From NCBI RefSeq assembly GCF_964263795.1, contig NZ_CAXVWK010000055.1:34157-98156 (forward strand): DNA of 64,000 nucleotides. Direction: 5' to 3'. Positions 50,683 to 58,730 of this stretch are shown in pieces. Both the position numbers and the translations under genes were made by a program. Under the pieces are notes generated by a model. It searched no databases. It saw only the letters and a list, made by a program, of their open reading frames with translations, and had not been told where the DNA came from. Each line of letters starts with the position of its first letter. The first letter of the stretch is position 1. The DNA is from Mucilaginibacter sp. (GTDB taxonomy: Bacteria; Bacteroidota; Bacteroidia; Sphingobacteriales; Sphingobacteriaceae).

Positions 50683-50724
50683 ATGCCAATTGTAATAATT
50701 TGTAGTGCTTGGCATAATTGATGT
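50683..50724 (+). promoter_or_regulatory. candidate regulatory site / sigma54-like promoter of groESL
   Basis: inverted repeat ATGCCAA..TTGGCAT; TTGGCATAATTGATGT partially fits -24/-12. Confidence 0.35.
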
Positions 50725-50771
50725 AAAAGCAAACTCGAAAACTAAAATTATAAATTCAAAATAGTATTACT

Positions 50772-51065
50772 ATGTCATTAAACATTAATCCCCTTGCGGA
50801 CAGGGTGGTTGTTGAAGCCGCTGCTGCCGAAACGAAAACTGCTTCCGGAATTTACATCCCTGAAACAGCACAGGAAAAACCACAAAAAGGAACTATAGTG
50901 GCTGTTGGCCCGGGTAAGTTTGCTGATGTATCTGGCGCCCTTATTCCAATGACCGTTAAGGTTGGCGACTCCGTTCTGTACGGTAAATATGCAGGTACCG
51001 AGATCAACGTTGACGGTAAAGAATACCTGATCATGCGCGAATCTGATATCTACGCTGTACTTTAA
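50772..51065 (+). CDS. groES: co-chaperonin GroES
   Basis: [45 protein letters not shown]. Confidence 0.98.
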   Translation: MSLNINPLADRVVVEAAAAETKTASGIYIPETAQEKPQKGTIVAVGPGKFADVSGALIPMTVKVGDSVLYGKYAGTEINVDGKEYLIMRESDIYAVL

Positions 51066-51195
51066 TTATCTCTGAAATGTTGAATGACGGGATATACACC
51101 CGTGCAATCAGTAGTTCACACAAACATTAATTCAATAATTAAATATAAAATTTGAGCGGGTGGAAATCACCAACTTAATAATCAATAAATAAATC

Positions 51196-52836
51196 ATGGC
51201 AAAACAAGTTAAATACAATGTTGAGGCACGTGACGCTTTAAAGCGCGGTGTTGATATTTTAGCTAATGCAGTTAAAGTAACATTAGGCCCCAAAGGCCGT
51301 CACGTAATTATCGATAAAAAATTCGGTTCGCCTGCGGTAACCAAAGATGGTGTTACAGTAGCAAAAGAAATTGAACTGAAAGATCCTATCGAAAACATGG
51401 GCGCACAAATGGTTAAAGAGGTTGCATCAAAAACTGCTGATATTGCAGGTGATGGTACTACCACTGCTACTGTTTTGGCACAAGCTATTGTTACAGCAGG
51501 TATTAAGAACGTTGCAGCCGGCGCTAACCCAATGGACCTTAAACGTGGTATCGATAAAGCGGTTACTGCAGTTGTTGCTAACCTTAAATCGCAATCACAA
51601 ACAGTTGGCGAAGACAACAATAAGATCAAACAAGTAGCATCTATTTCTGCTAACAATGACGAGGTTATCGGTTCGTTAATTGCAGAGGCTATGGAAAAAG
51701 TTGGTACAAGCGGTGTTATCACTGTTGAAGAAGCAAAAGGTACCGAAACTGAAGTTAAAACAGTTGAAGGTATGCAGTTTGACCGTGGTTACCTGTCTCC
51801 GTACTTTGTAACCAACTCAGATAAAATGGAAGTGGAATTAGAAAACCCTTACATTTTGATCTATGATAAAAAGATCTCTTCAATGAAAGAGTTGTTGCCT
51901 ATCCTTGAAAAACAGGTACAAACCGGCAAACCTTTACTAATCATTGCTGAAGATTTAGATGGTGAAGCTTTGGCTACTTTAGTAGTTAACAAGATCCGTG
52001 GTTCACTGAAAGTTGCTGCTGTTAAAGCACCAGGTTTTGGCGATCGCCGTAAAGCAATGTTAGAGGATATCGCAGTTTTAACTGGCGGTACTGTAATATC
52101 TGAAGAGCGTGGTTACAAACTAGAAAGCGCTGACCTATCTATGTTAGGCCAGGCAGAAAAGATCACTATCGATAAAGATAACACTACACTGGTTAACGGT
52201 GCTGGTGATGCTGATTTGATTAAAGGCCGTGTTGGTGAGATCCGCGCGCAGATCGAAACTACCACATCTGATTATGATAAAGAAAAATTACAGGAGCGTT
52301 TAGCTAAATTATCTGGCGGTGTTGCTGTTCTTTACATCGGTGCAGCTTCTGAAGTTGAGATGAAAGAGAAGAAAGACCGTGTTGACGATGCTTTACATGC
52401 AACCCGTGCAGCTGTTGAAGAAGGTATTGTTGCAGGTGGTGGTGTTGCCTTCATTCGTGCGGTAGCTGCTTTAGCTGACCTTAAAGGCGCTAACGAAGAT
52501 GAGAACACTGGTATCCAGATCATCCGTCGTGCTATCGAAGAGCCATTGCGTCAAATTTGCGATAACGCAGGTATTGAAGGTTCGATAGTTGTGCAAAAAG
52601 TTAAAGAAGGCTCTGCCGACTTTGGTTACAATGCACGTACCGACAAATACGAAAATTTAATTGGTGCTGGTGTTATCGACCCTACTAAAGTAGGCCGTGT
52701 AGCATTAGAGAACGCAGCTTCTATCGCAGCGATGTTATTAACCACTGAGTGTGTGTTAGCTGACGAGCCGGATGACGATAAAGGTGGTGCGGGTATGCCT
52801 CCTATGGGTGGCGGCGGTATGGGCGGCATGATGTAA
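51196..52836 (+). CDS. groL: chaperonin GroEL
   Basis: [35 protein letters not shown] tail. Confidence 0.99.
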   Translation: MAKQVKYNVEARDALKRGVDILANAVKVTLGPKGRHVIIDKKFGSPAVTKDGVTVAKEIELKDPIENMGAQMVKEVASKTADIAGDGTTTATVLAQAIVTAGIKNVAAGANPMDLKRGIDKAVTAVVANLKSQSQTVGEDNNKIKQVASISANNDEVIGSLIAEAMEKVGTSGVITVEEAKGTETEVKTVEGMQFDRGYLSPYFVTNSDKMEVELENPYILIYDKKISSMKELLPILEKQVQTGKPLLIIAEDLDGEALATLVVNKIRGSLKVAAVKAPGFGDRRKAMLEDIAVLTGGTVISEERGYKLESADLSMLGQAEKITIDKDNTTLVNGAGDADLIKGRVGEIRAQIETTTSDYDKEKLQERLAKLSGGVAVLYIGAASEVEMKEKKDRVDDALHATRAAVEEGIVAGGGVAFIRAVAALADLKGANEDENTGIQIIRRAIEEPLRQICDNAGIEGSIVVQKVKEGSADFGYNARTDKYENLIGAGVIDPTKVGRVALENAASIAAMLLTTECVLADEPDDDKGGAGMPPMGGGGMGGMM

Positions 52837-52875
52837 TTATCGCTCTTGCATCGGTTACCCCCGGTAATTATAAAC

Positions 52876-52910
52876 AAACCCTCTGTATATTTTTGTATAC
52901 AGAGGGTTTT
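52876..52910 (+). terminator. intrinsic terminator after groL
   Basis: AAACCCTCTGTATA-tttttg-TATACAGAGGGTTTT. Confidence 0.88.
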
Positions 52911-53036
52911 GTGTTTCGAGTGTGTTTGACCTAAGAAGGCAATGTTTAAAGCCTATTTAACAGTTGTTTAACACTATTACCACATCTATGATAAATGATT
53001 GTGCATAATTGGTAATATAAACGTTAACAGCCGTTT

Positions 53037-53053
53037 TAGGCACAGCGTTTGAA
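53037..53053 (+). promoter_or_regulatory. sigma54-like -24/-12 element
   Basis: TAGGCACAGCGTTTGAA versus consensus YTGGCACGNNNNTTGCW (GG and TTG correctly spaced). Confidence 0.4.
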
Positions 53054-53064
53054 CAGGTTATTAT

Positions 53065-53160
53065 ATGAAGCACATCAGAAATAAGAAACAAATACACAGC
53101 CGCCTGGTTGAGTGGGTCCTATTTAAAGGCCCCGAGTTATTTGTGACATTATACAGTTAA
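53065..53160 (+). CDS. putative 31-aa small protein
   Basis: MKHIRNKKQIHSRLVEWVLFKGPELFVTLYS*; A-rich context; below the ORF-track cutoff. Confidence 0.3.
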   Translation: MKHIRNKKQIHSRLVEWVLFKGPELFVTLYS

Positions 53161-53188
53161 ATAAAAAGTCGTTAATTTTGGCTTTCAT

Positions 53189-53974
53189 ATGGAGCTAAAA
53201 GAATTCTATCATAAATTTCATGTTTGGGCGGTAGATAAAGGGCCTAATTTCTTATTCGGTATATTACTGCTGCTTGCCGGGATCTGGTTCATTCGTTTTT
53301 TAAGATCGCGCCTGCGATTGCGGATGACCAAACGCAACGTACATTCTTCATTACAGCCCTTTGTATTAAGCCTTACCATTACCAGCTTATACGTTTTGCT
53401 GATCATTATGGTAATGAATATTGTCGGGCTGGAGCTTACCATATTCACAACTATAATTGGGGCGTTTAGCGTTGCAGCAGGTTTGGCGCTATCGGGTACT
53501 TTTCAGAATTTTGCCGGTGGTGTACTCATTTTACTTTTGAAACCTTTTGACATAGATGACAGCATAGTTGCCCAGGGCCAGAGTGGCAAGGTAACCTCCA
53601 TCCAGATCTTTTATACCGTTTTAGTAACCGTGGATAACAAAACAGTAATTATTCCAAATGGCAAGCTTTTTAACGAGGTAATCGTAAACGAAACAAGGGA
53701 AGGCAAGCGCCGCCTGGATTTTGAATTAAAATTGGGCTACGCGATAGATGTAGACCAGGTAAAAGAAGTGATCACCAAAGCTATACTTGCTACCCCTAAC
53801 CTGTTAAAAGAGCCTGCAACCCGCGTAGGTGTAGTGGCTTTGGAATTGGATGGTATCCGCTTTATAGTTAACGTTTGGGTAGATCCAGGTAATTTTTTAG
53901 TGGCTAAGATCGCATTGCAAGAGCGGATTATTAAAGACCTTGCAGCTGCTGGGGTAAAACTGCCGGGAATGTGA
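53189..53974 (+). CDS. mscS: small-conductance mechanosensitive channel
   Basis: GAFSVAAGLALSGTFQNFAGGVLILLLKPF, VIIPNGKL. Confidence 0.92.
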   Translation: MELKEFYHKFHVWAVDKGPNFLFGILLLLAGIWFIRFLRSRLRLRMTKRNVHSSLQPFVLSLTITSLYVLLIIMVMNIVGLELTIFTTIIGAFSVAAGLALSGTFQNFAGGVLILLLKPFDIDDSIVAQGQSGKVTSIQIFYTVLVTVDNKTVIIPNGKLFNEVIVNETREGKRRLDFELKLGYAIDVDQVKEVITKAILATPNLLKEPATRVGVVALELDGIRFIVNVWVDPGNFLVAKIALQERIIKDLAAAGVKLPGM

Positions 53975-54083
53975 TACACTAAGAGTAACATCATCACACT
54001 GAAAAAGCGCTATAGCGAGCAGCGCGGCTAAACTGATTACTGGCTTATTTCTGCAATCCAACTACTATCCGTAATTTTAGCCC

Positions 54084-55511
54084 ATGCAACGGGAGCAAAT
54101 ATCTGTATTCGATATGTTTAAAATAGGGATAGGCCCGTCAAGCTCTCATACACTTGGGCCCTGGCGTGCGGCACAGCAATTTGTGCACTATTTGGAGCAA
54201 AAAGAAGTACTGCCCATGGTTGTGCAGATAAAAATATTACTGTACGGTTCGCTTGCTAAAACAGGTAAGGGGCACGGAACTGATATTGCCATCTTGCTGG
54301 GTCTTAGCGGAGATGACCCGGTGACATTCGCGGTCGATCAGATCGATACTAAAATCGACTACATCACAACCGGTCAAAAATTATGGCTGGGCGGTAAACA
54401 TCAGATCAGTTTTTCTCCCGATGAGGATATGCTATTCCTGTTTACCGAGAGCTTGCCTTTTCATCCCAACGCGGTAACTTTCCAGGCATTATTAAATAAC
54501 GAAACTGCGGTTTCGGGTACTTTTTATTCTATTGGTGGTGGTTTTGTGGTAAAAGAAGGCGAGCAAACGCAACAAAAAGCGGAAGTTGACCTGCCATTTC
54601 CCATCGACACCGCTAACGACCTATTACATTGGTGCCGCAAAACCGGGCTCAAAATATCTGAGGTTGTAATGGAGAATGAATTGGCCTGGCGCCCCGAGCA
54701 GAACACCCGGGAAGGGGTGCTAAATATTTATAAGGTAATGCAGGAATGTATGTATCGGGGCTGCCATACTGCAGGCTATTTGCCGGGCGGTTTAAATGTG
54801 GCCCGTCGTGCATCAGCATTAAATAAACGCCTTGTGAAGGGGCAAAGCTACAGCAATTATAATGAATGGTTGCTCACTATGCGCCAAACAGGCAGTAGTT
54901 TCCAAAATATTTTAGATTGGGTAAGCTGCTTTGCCCTTGCAATTAACGAAGAGAACGCATCTTTTGGCAGGGTGGTAACGGCGCCAACCAACGGCGCGGC
55001 GGGTGTGATACCGGCCGTACTCCAGTATTTTATTAGCTTTTGCGATGGCTTTGATGAGGAGCGAATTATCCAATTTTTGCTTACCGCATCAGAGGTAGGC
55101 AGTATATTTAAAAAAGGGGCCACTATATCCGCGGCTATGGGCGGTTGCCAGGCCGAGATAGGTGTATCATCGGCAATGGCTGCAGCTGCACTTACAGAGG
55201 TGTTAGGGGGCAGCCAGCGGCAGGTATTAATGGCCGCCGAAATTGCCATGGAGCATCACCTGGGTATGACCTGCGATCCCATAGGTGGCCTTGTGCAGGT
55301 GCCTTGCATCGAACGGAATACGATGGGTGCAATAAAGGCCATAACCGCAAGTCAATTAGCTTTGCAAAGTAACCCGGATAAAGCGAAGGTAAGTTTGGAT
55401 GCGGTAGTGAAAACTATGTGGCAAACCGCGCTGGACATGAATTCCAAGTACAAGGAAACATCCGATGGTGGTCTGGCCATTAATATTCCGATTAGTTTGC
55501 CGGAGTGTTAA
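54084..55511 (+). CDS. sdaA: L-serine ammonia-lyase (Fe-S, single chain)
   Basis: [55 protein letters not shown]. Confidence 0.95.
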   Translation: MQREQISVFDMFKIGIGPSSSHTLGPWRAAQQFVHYLEQKEVLPMVVQIKILLYGSLAKTGKGHGTDIAILLGLSGDDPVTFAVDQIDTKIDYITTGQKLWLGGKHQISFSPDEDMLFLFTESLPFHPNAVTFQALLNNETAVSGTFYSIGGGFVVKEGEQTQQKAEVDLPFPIDTANDLLHWCRKTGLKISEVVMENELAWRPEQNTREGVLNIYKVMQECMYRGCHTAGYLPGGLNVARRASALNKRLVKGQSYSNYNEWLLTMRQTGSSFQNILDWVSCFALAINEENASFGRVVTAPTNGAAGVIPAVLQYFISFCDGFDEERIIQFLLTASEVGSIFKKGATISAAMGGCQAEIGVSSAMAAAALTEVLGGSQRQVLMAAEIAMEHHLGMTCDPIGGLVQVPCIERNTMGAIKAITASQLALQSNPDKAKVSLDAVVKTMWQTALDMNSKYKETSDGGLAINIPISLPEC

Positions 55512-55618
55512 CGTTGCGTTAATAGCTTTTGACTAAGCCATGGTTCGTACAAGAAGAGGAAGTCTGGAAAAATCCTTCGCAGCTGTTCTCCAACTGCAGC
55601 TAAGCATCATGGTAACGA

Positions 55619-56311
55619 CTATTTCAAATTCGGGTTAACTACCGGAGCTAACGCTTTAACCCAAAGCCCATACATTTTTGCAGAAGGGTGCAAACCGTCA
55701 TCCGCAGTTAAGGACGCATCATTGGTAGCTTGTTTTGAAATCGGAGTGATATCGACATAGTTTATTCCCGCCTTCTCTGTTTCAAGGCGATTGATGAGGT
55801 TAAAGTCCGCTATTTCCCTCGCAATTTGTGCCTTATCGCGCCCTGCTGCAAACGGAGTAACACCCCAGTCAGGTATTGAGAGTACAAATACATGTTTTTT
55901 GTTACCGCCGGCAAATTTTACAGCCGTATCCAGGAGTTGTATAAACTCTTGCCGGTAAGTATCCGGGCTTTGCCCGCGATATTGATTATTTACCCCAATT
56001 AGCAAAGTAACGATATCATACTGTTTACTCCTAAGATCGCTGTTGTTAATAGCTTCGATCAGTTCTCCGGTTGTCCACCCGGTTGTTGCAATAATTTTTG
56101 GCTCAGTAACGTCTGTTCCGCTTGCGGTTAGTTGGGCAGCAAGTTGATATGGAAATGAACTTTTTAAAGGAACCGCTTCCCCTATTGTGTAACTATCGCC
56201 AAGGGCAAGGTAGGTATATGCAGGCTTTTTAACACTGTTTGATATCATGATAGTTGTACAGCCACTAAAGGCCAGAAACCCGGCCAGCAATAGCATATTT
56301 AATTTGTTCAT
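55619..56311 (-). CDS. SGNH/GDSL hydrolase family lipoprotein
   Basis: lipobox AFSGC; LALGDSYT, LIGVNNQYRG, DGLHPS. Confidence 0.9.
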   Translation of the reverse strand: MNKLNMLLLAGFLAFSGCTTIMISNSVKKPAYTYLALGDSYTIGEAVPLKSSFPYQLAAQLTASGTDVTEPKIIATTGWTTGELIEAINNSDLRSKQYDIVTLLIGVNNQYRGQSPDTYRQEFIQLLDTAVKFAGGNKKHVFVLSIPDWGVTPFAAGRDKAQIAREIADFNLINRLETEKAGINYVDITPISKQATNDASLTADDGLHPSAKMYGLWVKALAPVVNPNLK

Positions 56312-57042
56312 TCCACTATCTCCATACCAAAAAGTACGGAAATGTGATGTATAAGGATCTGCTTTACTTCATGGATATCAACCGTTCGGCCCAGTTCCTG
56401 TTGCATCGATGTAACTGCTTTATCATCAATACCGCAAGGCACAATGTTTTTAAAATAATCCAGATCAGGATTTACGTTAAAAGCTAAACCATGCATAGTT
56501 ACCCAGCGGCTACAGCGCACACCCATGGCACAAATTTTACGGGCATTCTCGTTATCGGCATCAAACCATACGCCGGTATAACCAGGATAACGCCCGGCAG
56601 TTAAACCATAATGAGCAAGTGTTATTATCACTGCTTCTTCAAGCGTGCGCAGGTATAAGTGGATATCTGTAAAAAAGTTGTCCAGATCAAGTATGGGGTA
56701 GCTTACAATTTGTCCGGGGCCATGATAAGTAATATCCCCCCCGCGATTGATGGGGTAATAATCAGCCTGCTTTGCCTCCAATCCTGCATCGTCTAAAAGC
56801 AAATGTTCGGCTTTACCGCTTTTACCCAGCGTATATACGTGGGGGTGTTCGCAAAATATCAGGTAATTTGGGGTGATAATTTGCTCTTCAGGCTCTTCAG
56901 CACCAGCCAAAACGGCTACCTGCTGGTTGCGGATATGCGTTTTAAGCCTAACGGTTTCGGCAAAAAGGCTCTCCTGCCTGTCCCAGGCTTCTTTATAATC
57001 TGTAAGTCCCCAATCTTGTATAATTACTTTCTTGTTCTTCAT
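56308..57042 (-). CDS. lipB: lipoyl(octanoyl) transferase
   Basis: EHPHVYTLG, NRGGDITYHGPGQ, KICAMG, MHGLAFNV, IVPCGI. Confidence 0.96.
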   Translation of the reverse strand: MKNKKVIIQDWGLTDYKEAWDRQESLFAETVRLKTHIRNQQVAVLAGAEEPEEQIITPNYLIFCEHPHVYTLGKSGKAEHLLLDDAGLEAKQADYYPINRGGDITYHGPGQIVSYPILDLDNFFTDIHLYLRTLEEAVIITLAHYGLTAGRYPGYTGVWFDADNENARKICAMGVRCSRWVTMHGLAFNVNPDLDYFKNIVPCGIDDKAVTSMQQELGRTVDIHEVKQILIHHISVLFGMEIVE

Positions 57043-57043
57043 A

Positions 57044-57682
57044 CTATGCCTTCACGTACCCTATCATGTAATCTTCGTACTTAAGGTAACCTACAGTAAA
57101 GTTAAAGTTAATAGTACCGTTATCCAAAGTGGCGCGCAGATCCCCGCCGGGTTGATAGGCAAATGGTTGTAAAAATATATCATCGGCAAATGATACCTCT
57201 TTTTGTCCGTAACATTTGTAAACCGCCTCTTTGGCACACCAGCAAACGTACAAGTGGTCTATTTTATTTTGCTGATCTATAAACGCAAGTTCTTCGGGCC
57301 TTAAAAATTTGTGGGCAATCCGCTCAACCTTTTCCTTAACCTGTTCAATATCTATCCCTACCGGTCCGCTTTTGCTTATCATTACAGCGGCATAATCAAA
57401 TGAGTGGCTTAAAGATATATGATAGGGAAGGGTAACCAGGTAAGGCTTGCCGTGTGCATCAACTTTGCAATCAATATATTCATCAGTACGCAGCATTTTG
57501 CGCAGCAATACGCGCGTGCCCAGCCAGTGCAGGTAACGTTTATTCTTACTCAGCTGTTTAGTATAGGCTTTCTCGTTGTCGTCCAGTTGCAGTTGGCTAT
57601 ACAATTCATCGGCAGTTTCTTCGATCTTCCAGAGGGCAAACTCTGTATCATCATCAACCTGTTGTCTGTACGCTATAGCCAT
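57044..57682 (-). CDS. Sfp-type 4'-phosphopantetheinyl transferase
   Basis: GKPYL, ISLSHS, VGIDIE, WCAKEAVYK. Confidence 0.9.
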   Translation of the reverse strand: MAIAYRQQVDDDTEFALWKIEETADELYSQLQLDDNEKAYTKQLSKNKRYLHWLGTRVLLRKMLRTDEYIDCKVDAHGKPYLVTLPYHISLSHSFDYAAVMISKSGPVGIDIEQVKEKVERIAHKFLRPEELAFIDQQNKIDHLYVCWCAKEAVYKCYGQKEVSFADDIFLQPFAYQPGGDLRATLDNGTINFNFTVGYLKYEDYMIGYVKA

Positions 57683-57752
57683 AAGGGTAAAATTGCAAAA
57701 AGGATAGCAAAATAGTATCAGTTAAATTTAATATTAACAAAGTTATTTAGGT

Positions 57753-57781
57753 TGTAACACTTTGGGTGTAACTTACGTCAA
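57753..57781 (+). promoter_or_regulatory. ECF-sigma-like promoter
   Basis: TGTAAC-N17-CGTCAA, 36 nt upstream of a small ORF. Confidence 0.5.
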
Positions 57782-57817
57782 TACATTAATAATACCGAAC
57801 CCAGCATTACGATTACG

Positions 57818-57931
57818 ATGAAAAGGATTTACATAGCCGCAGCCATTTTAATAGCCGTTGCTTTAACAGAAAGCTGCATGAAACAGCGCCTGGTTGAGAA
57901 AGGGCCTGTTCGAAATAATATAAAGGCGTAA
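57818..57931 (+). CDS. putative 37-aa small lipoprotein
   Basis: MKRIYIAAAILIAVALTESC-MKQRLVEKGPVRNNIKA*: basic n-region, hydrophobic h-region, Cys20; own promoter and terminator. Confidence 0.6.
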   Translation: MKRIYIAAAILIAVALTESCMKQRLVEKGPVRNNIKA

Positions 57932-58005
57932 CGCCTTTTAACAATACATCCAAAGCGGTGAGAATGTGAGTGGATGTAACTGCCTTTATGGTGGTTTAAT
58001 TTGTG

Positions 58006-58036
58006 CCGCCGGTGTGTAAGCGCCGGCGGTTTTTTT
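58006..58036 (+). terminator. intrinsic terminator
   Basis: CCGCCGGTG-tgtaag-CGCCGGCGG-TTTTTTT. Confidence 0.85.
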
Positions 58037-58125
58037 ATGCACCTGTTTTGTTAACGCTTGTTTACAAACTGCCGTTGGGTGTTATGCCAATTAATGATAA
58101 TTTAGGCCTCCCGTAATAAAAGGCA

Positions 58126-58662
58126 ATGATATTATCAGACAAACGCATACTTGAAGAAATAGATAAAGGATCCATTATAATTGAGCCGTTTAAGCGGGAA
58201 TGCCTTGGGACAAACTCTTACGACGTACATTTGGGTAAGCACCTGGCCACCTATAAAGATCGCGTGCTTGATGCCAAATTACATAACGAGATCATTGGCT
58301 TTGAAATACCCAAAGATGGTTTCATACTACAACCTAACACACTTTACCTGGGTGTAACTGTTGAATATACGGAAACACACCAGCATGTGCCTTTTCTGGA
58401 GGGCAAATCAAGCACCGGAAGGTTAGGGATTGATATTCATGCTACTGCCGGCAAAGGCGATGTTGGCTTTTGTAATACATGGACACTGGAGATTTCCTGC
58501 GCGCAGCCTGTAAAAATTTACGCAGGTATGCCCATAGGCCAACTTATTTATTTTGTGGTTGAGGGCGATATCGAAACGCGTTACAACACTAAAAATAACG
58601 CCAAATACAACAACAAAACCACCCGCCCCGTTGAGAGTATGATGTGGAAGAACAAATTTTAG
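58126..58662 (+). CDS. dcd: dCTP deaminase
   Basis: MILSDKRI, NSYDVHLG, EGKSSTGRLG, GDVGFCNTWTLEI, IGQLIY. Confidence 0.93.
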   Translation: MILSDKRILEEIDKGSIIIEPFKRECLGTNSYDVHLGKHLATYKDRVLDAKLHNEIIGFEIPKDGFILQPNTLYLGVTVEYTETHQHVPFLEGKSSTGRLGIDIHATAGKGDVGFCNTWTLEISCAQPVKIYAGMPIGQLIYFVVEGDIETRYNTKNNAKYNNKTTRPVESMMWKNKF

Positions 58663-58730
58663 TGATTTGTAGTTGTATATATAAGTGATGCAGGCAATTA
58701 AGGTTGTTTACTGCACCGCTTGCATTCGCC

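Noticed and set aside
55539-55637. 32-aa ORF between sdaA and the GDSL gene
   Set aside because: Overlaps the convergent gene end; no supporting features
57044-57682. Sfp-type PPTase as a sign of an NRPS/PKS cluster
   Set aside because: No synthase genes nearby; the lipB context fits housekeeping ACP activation
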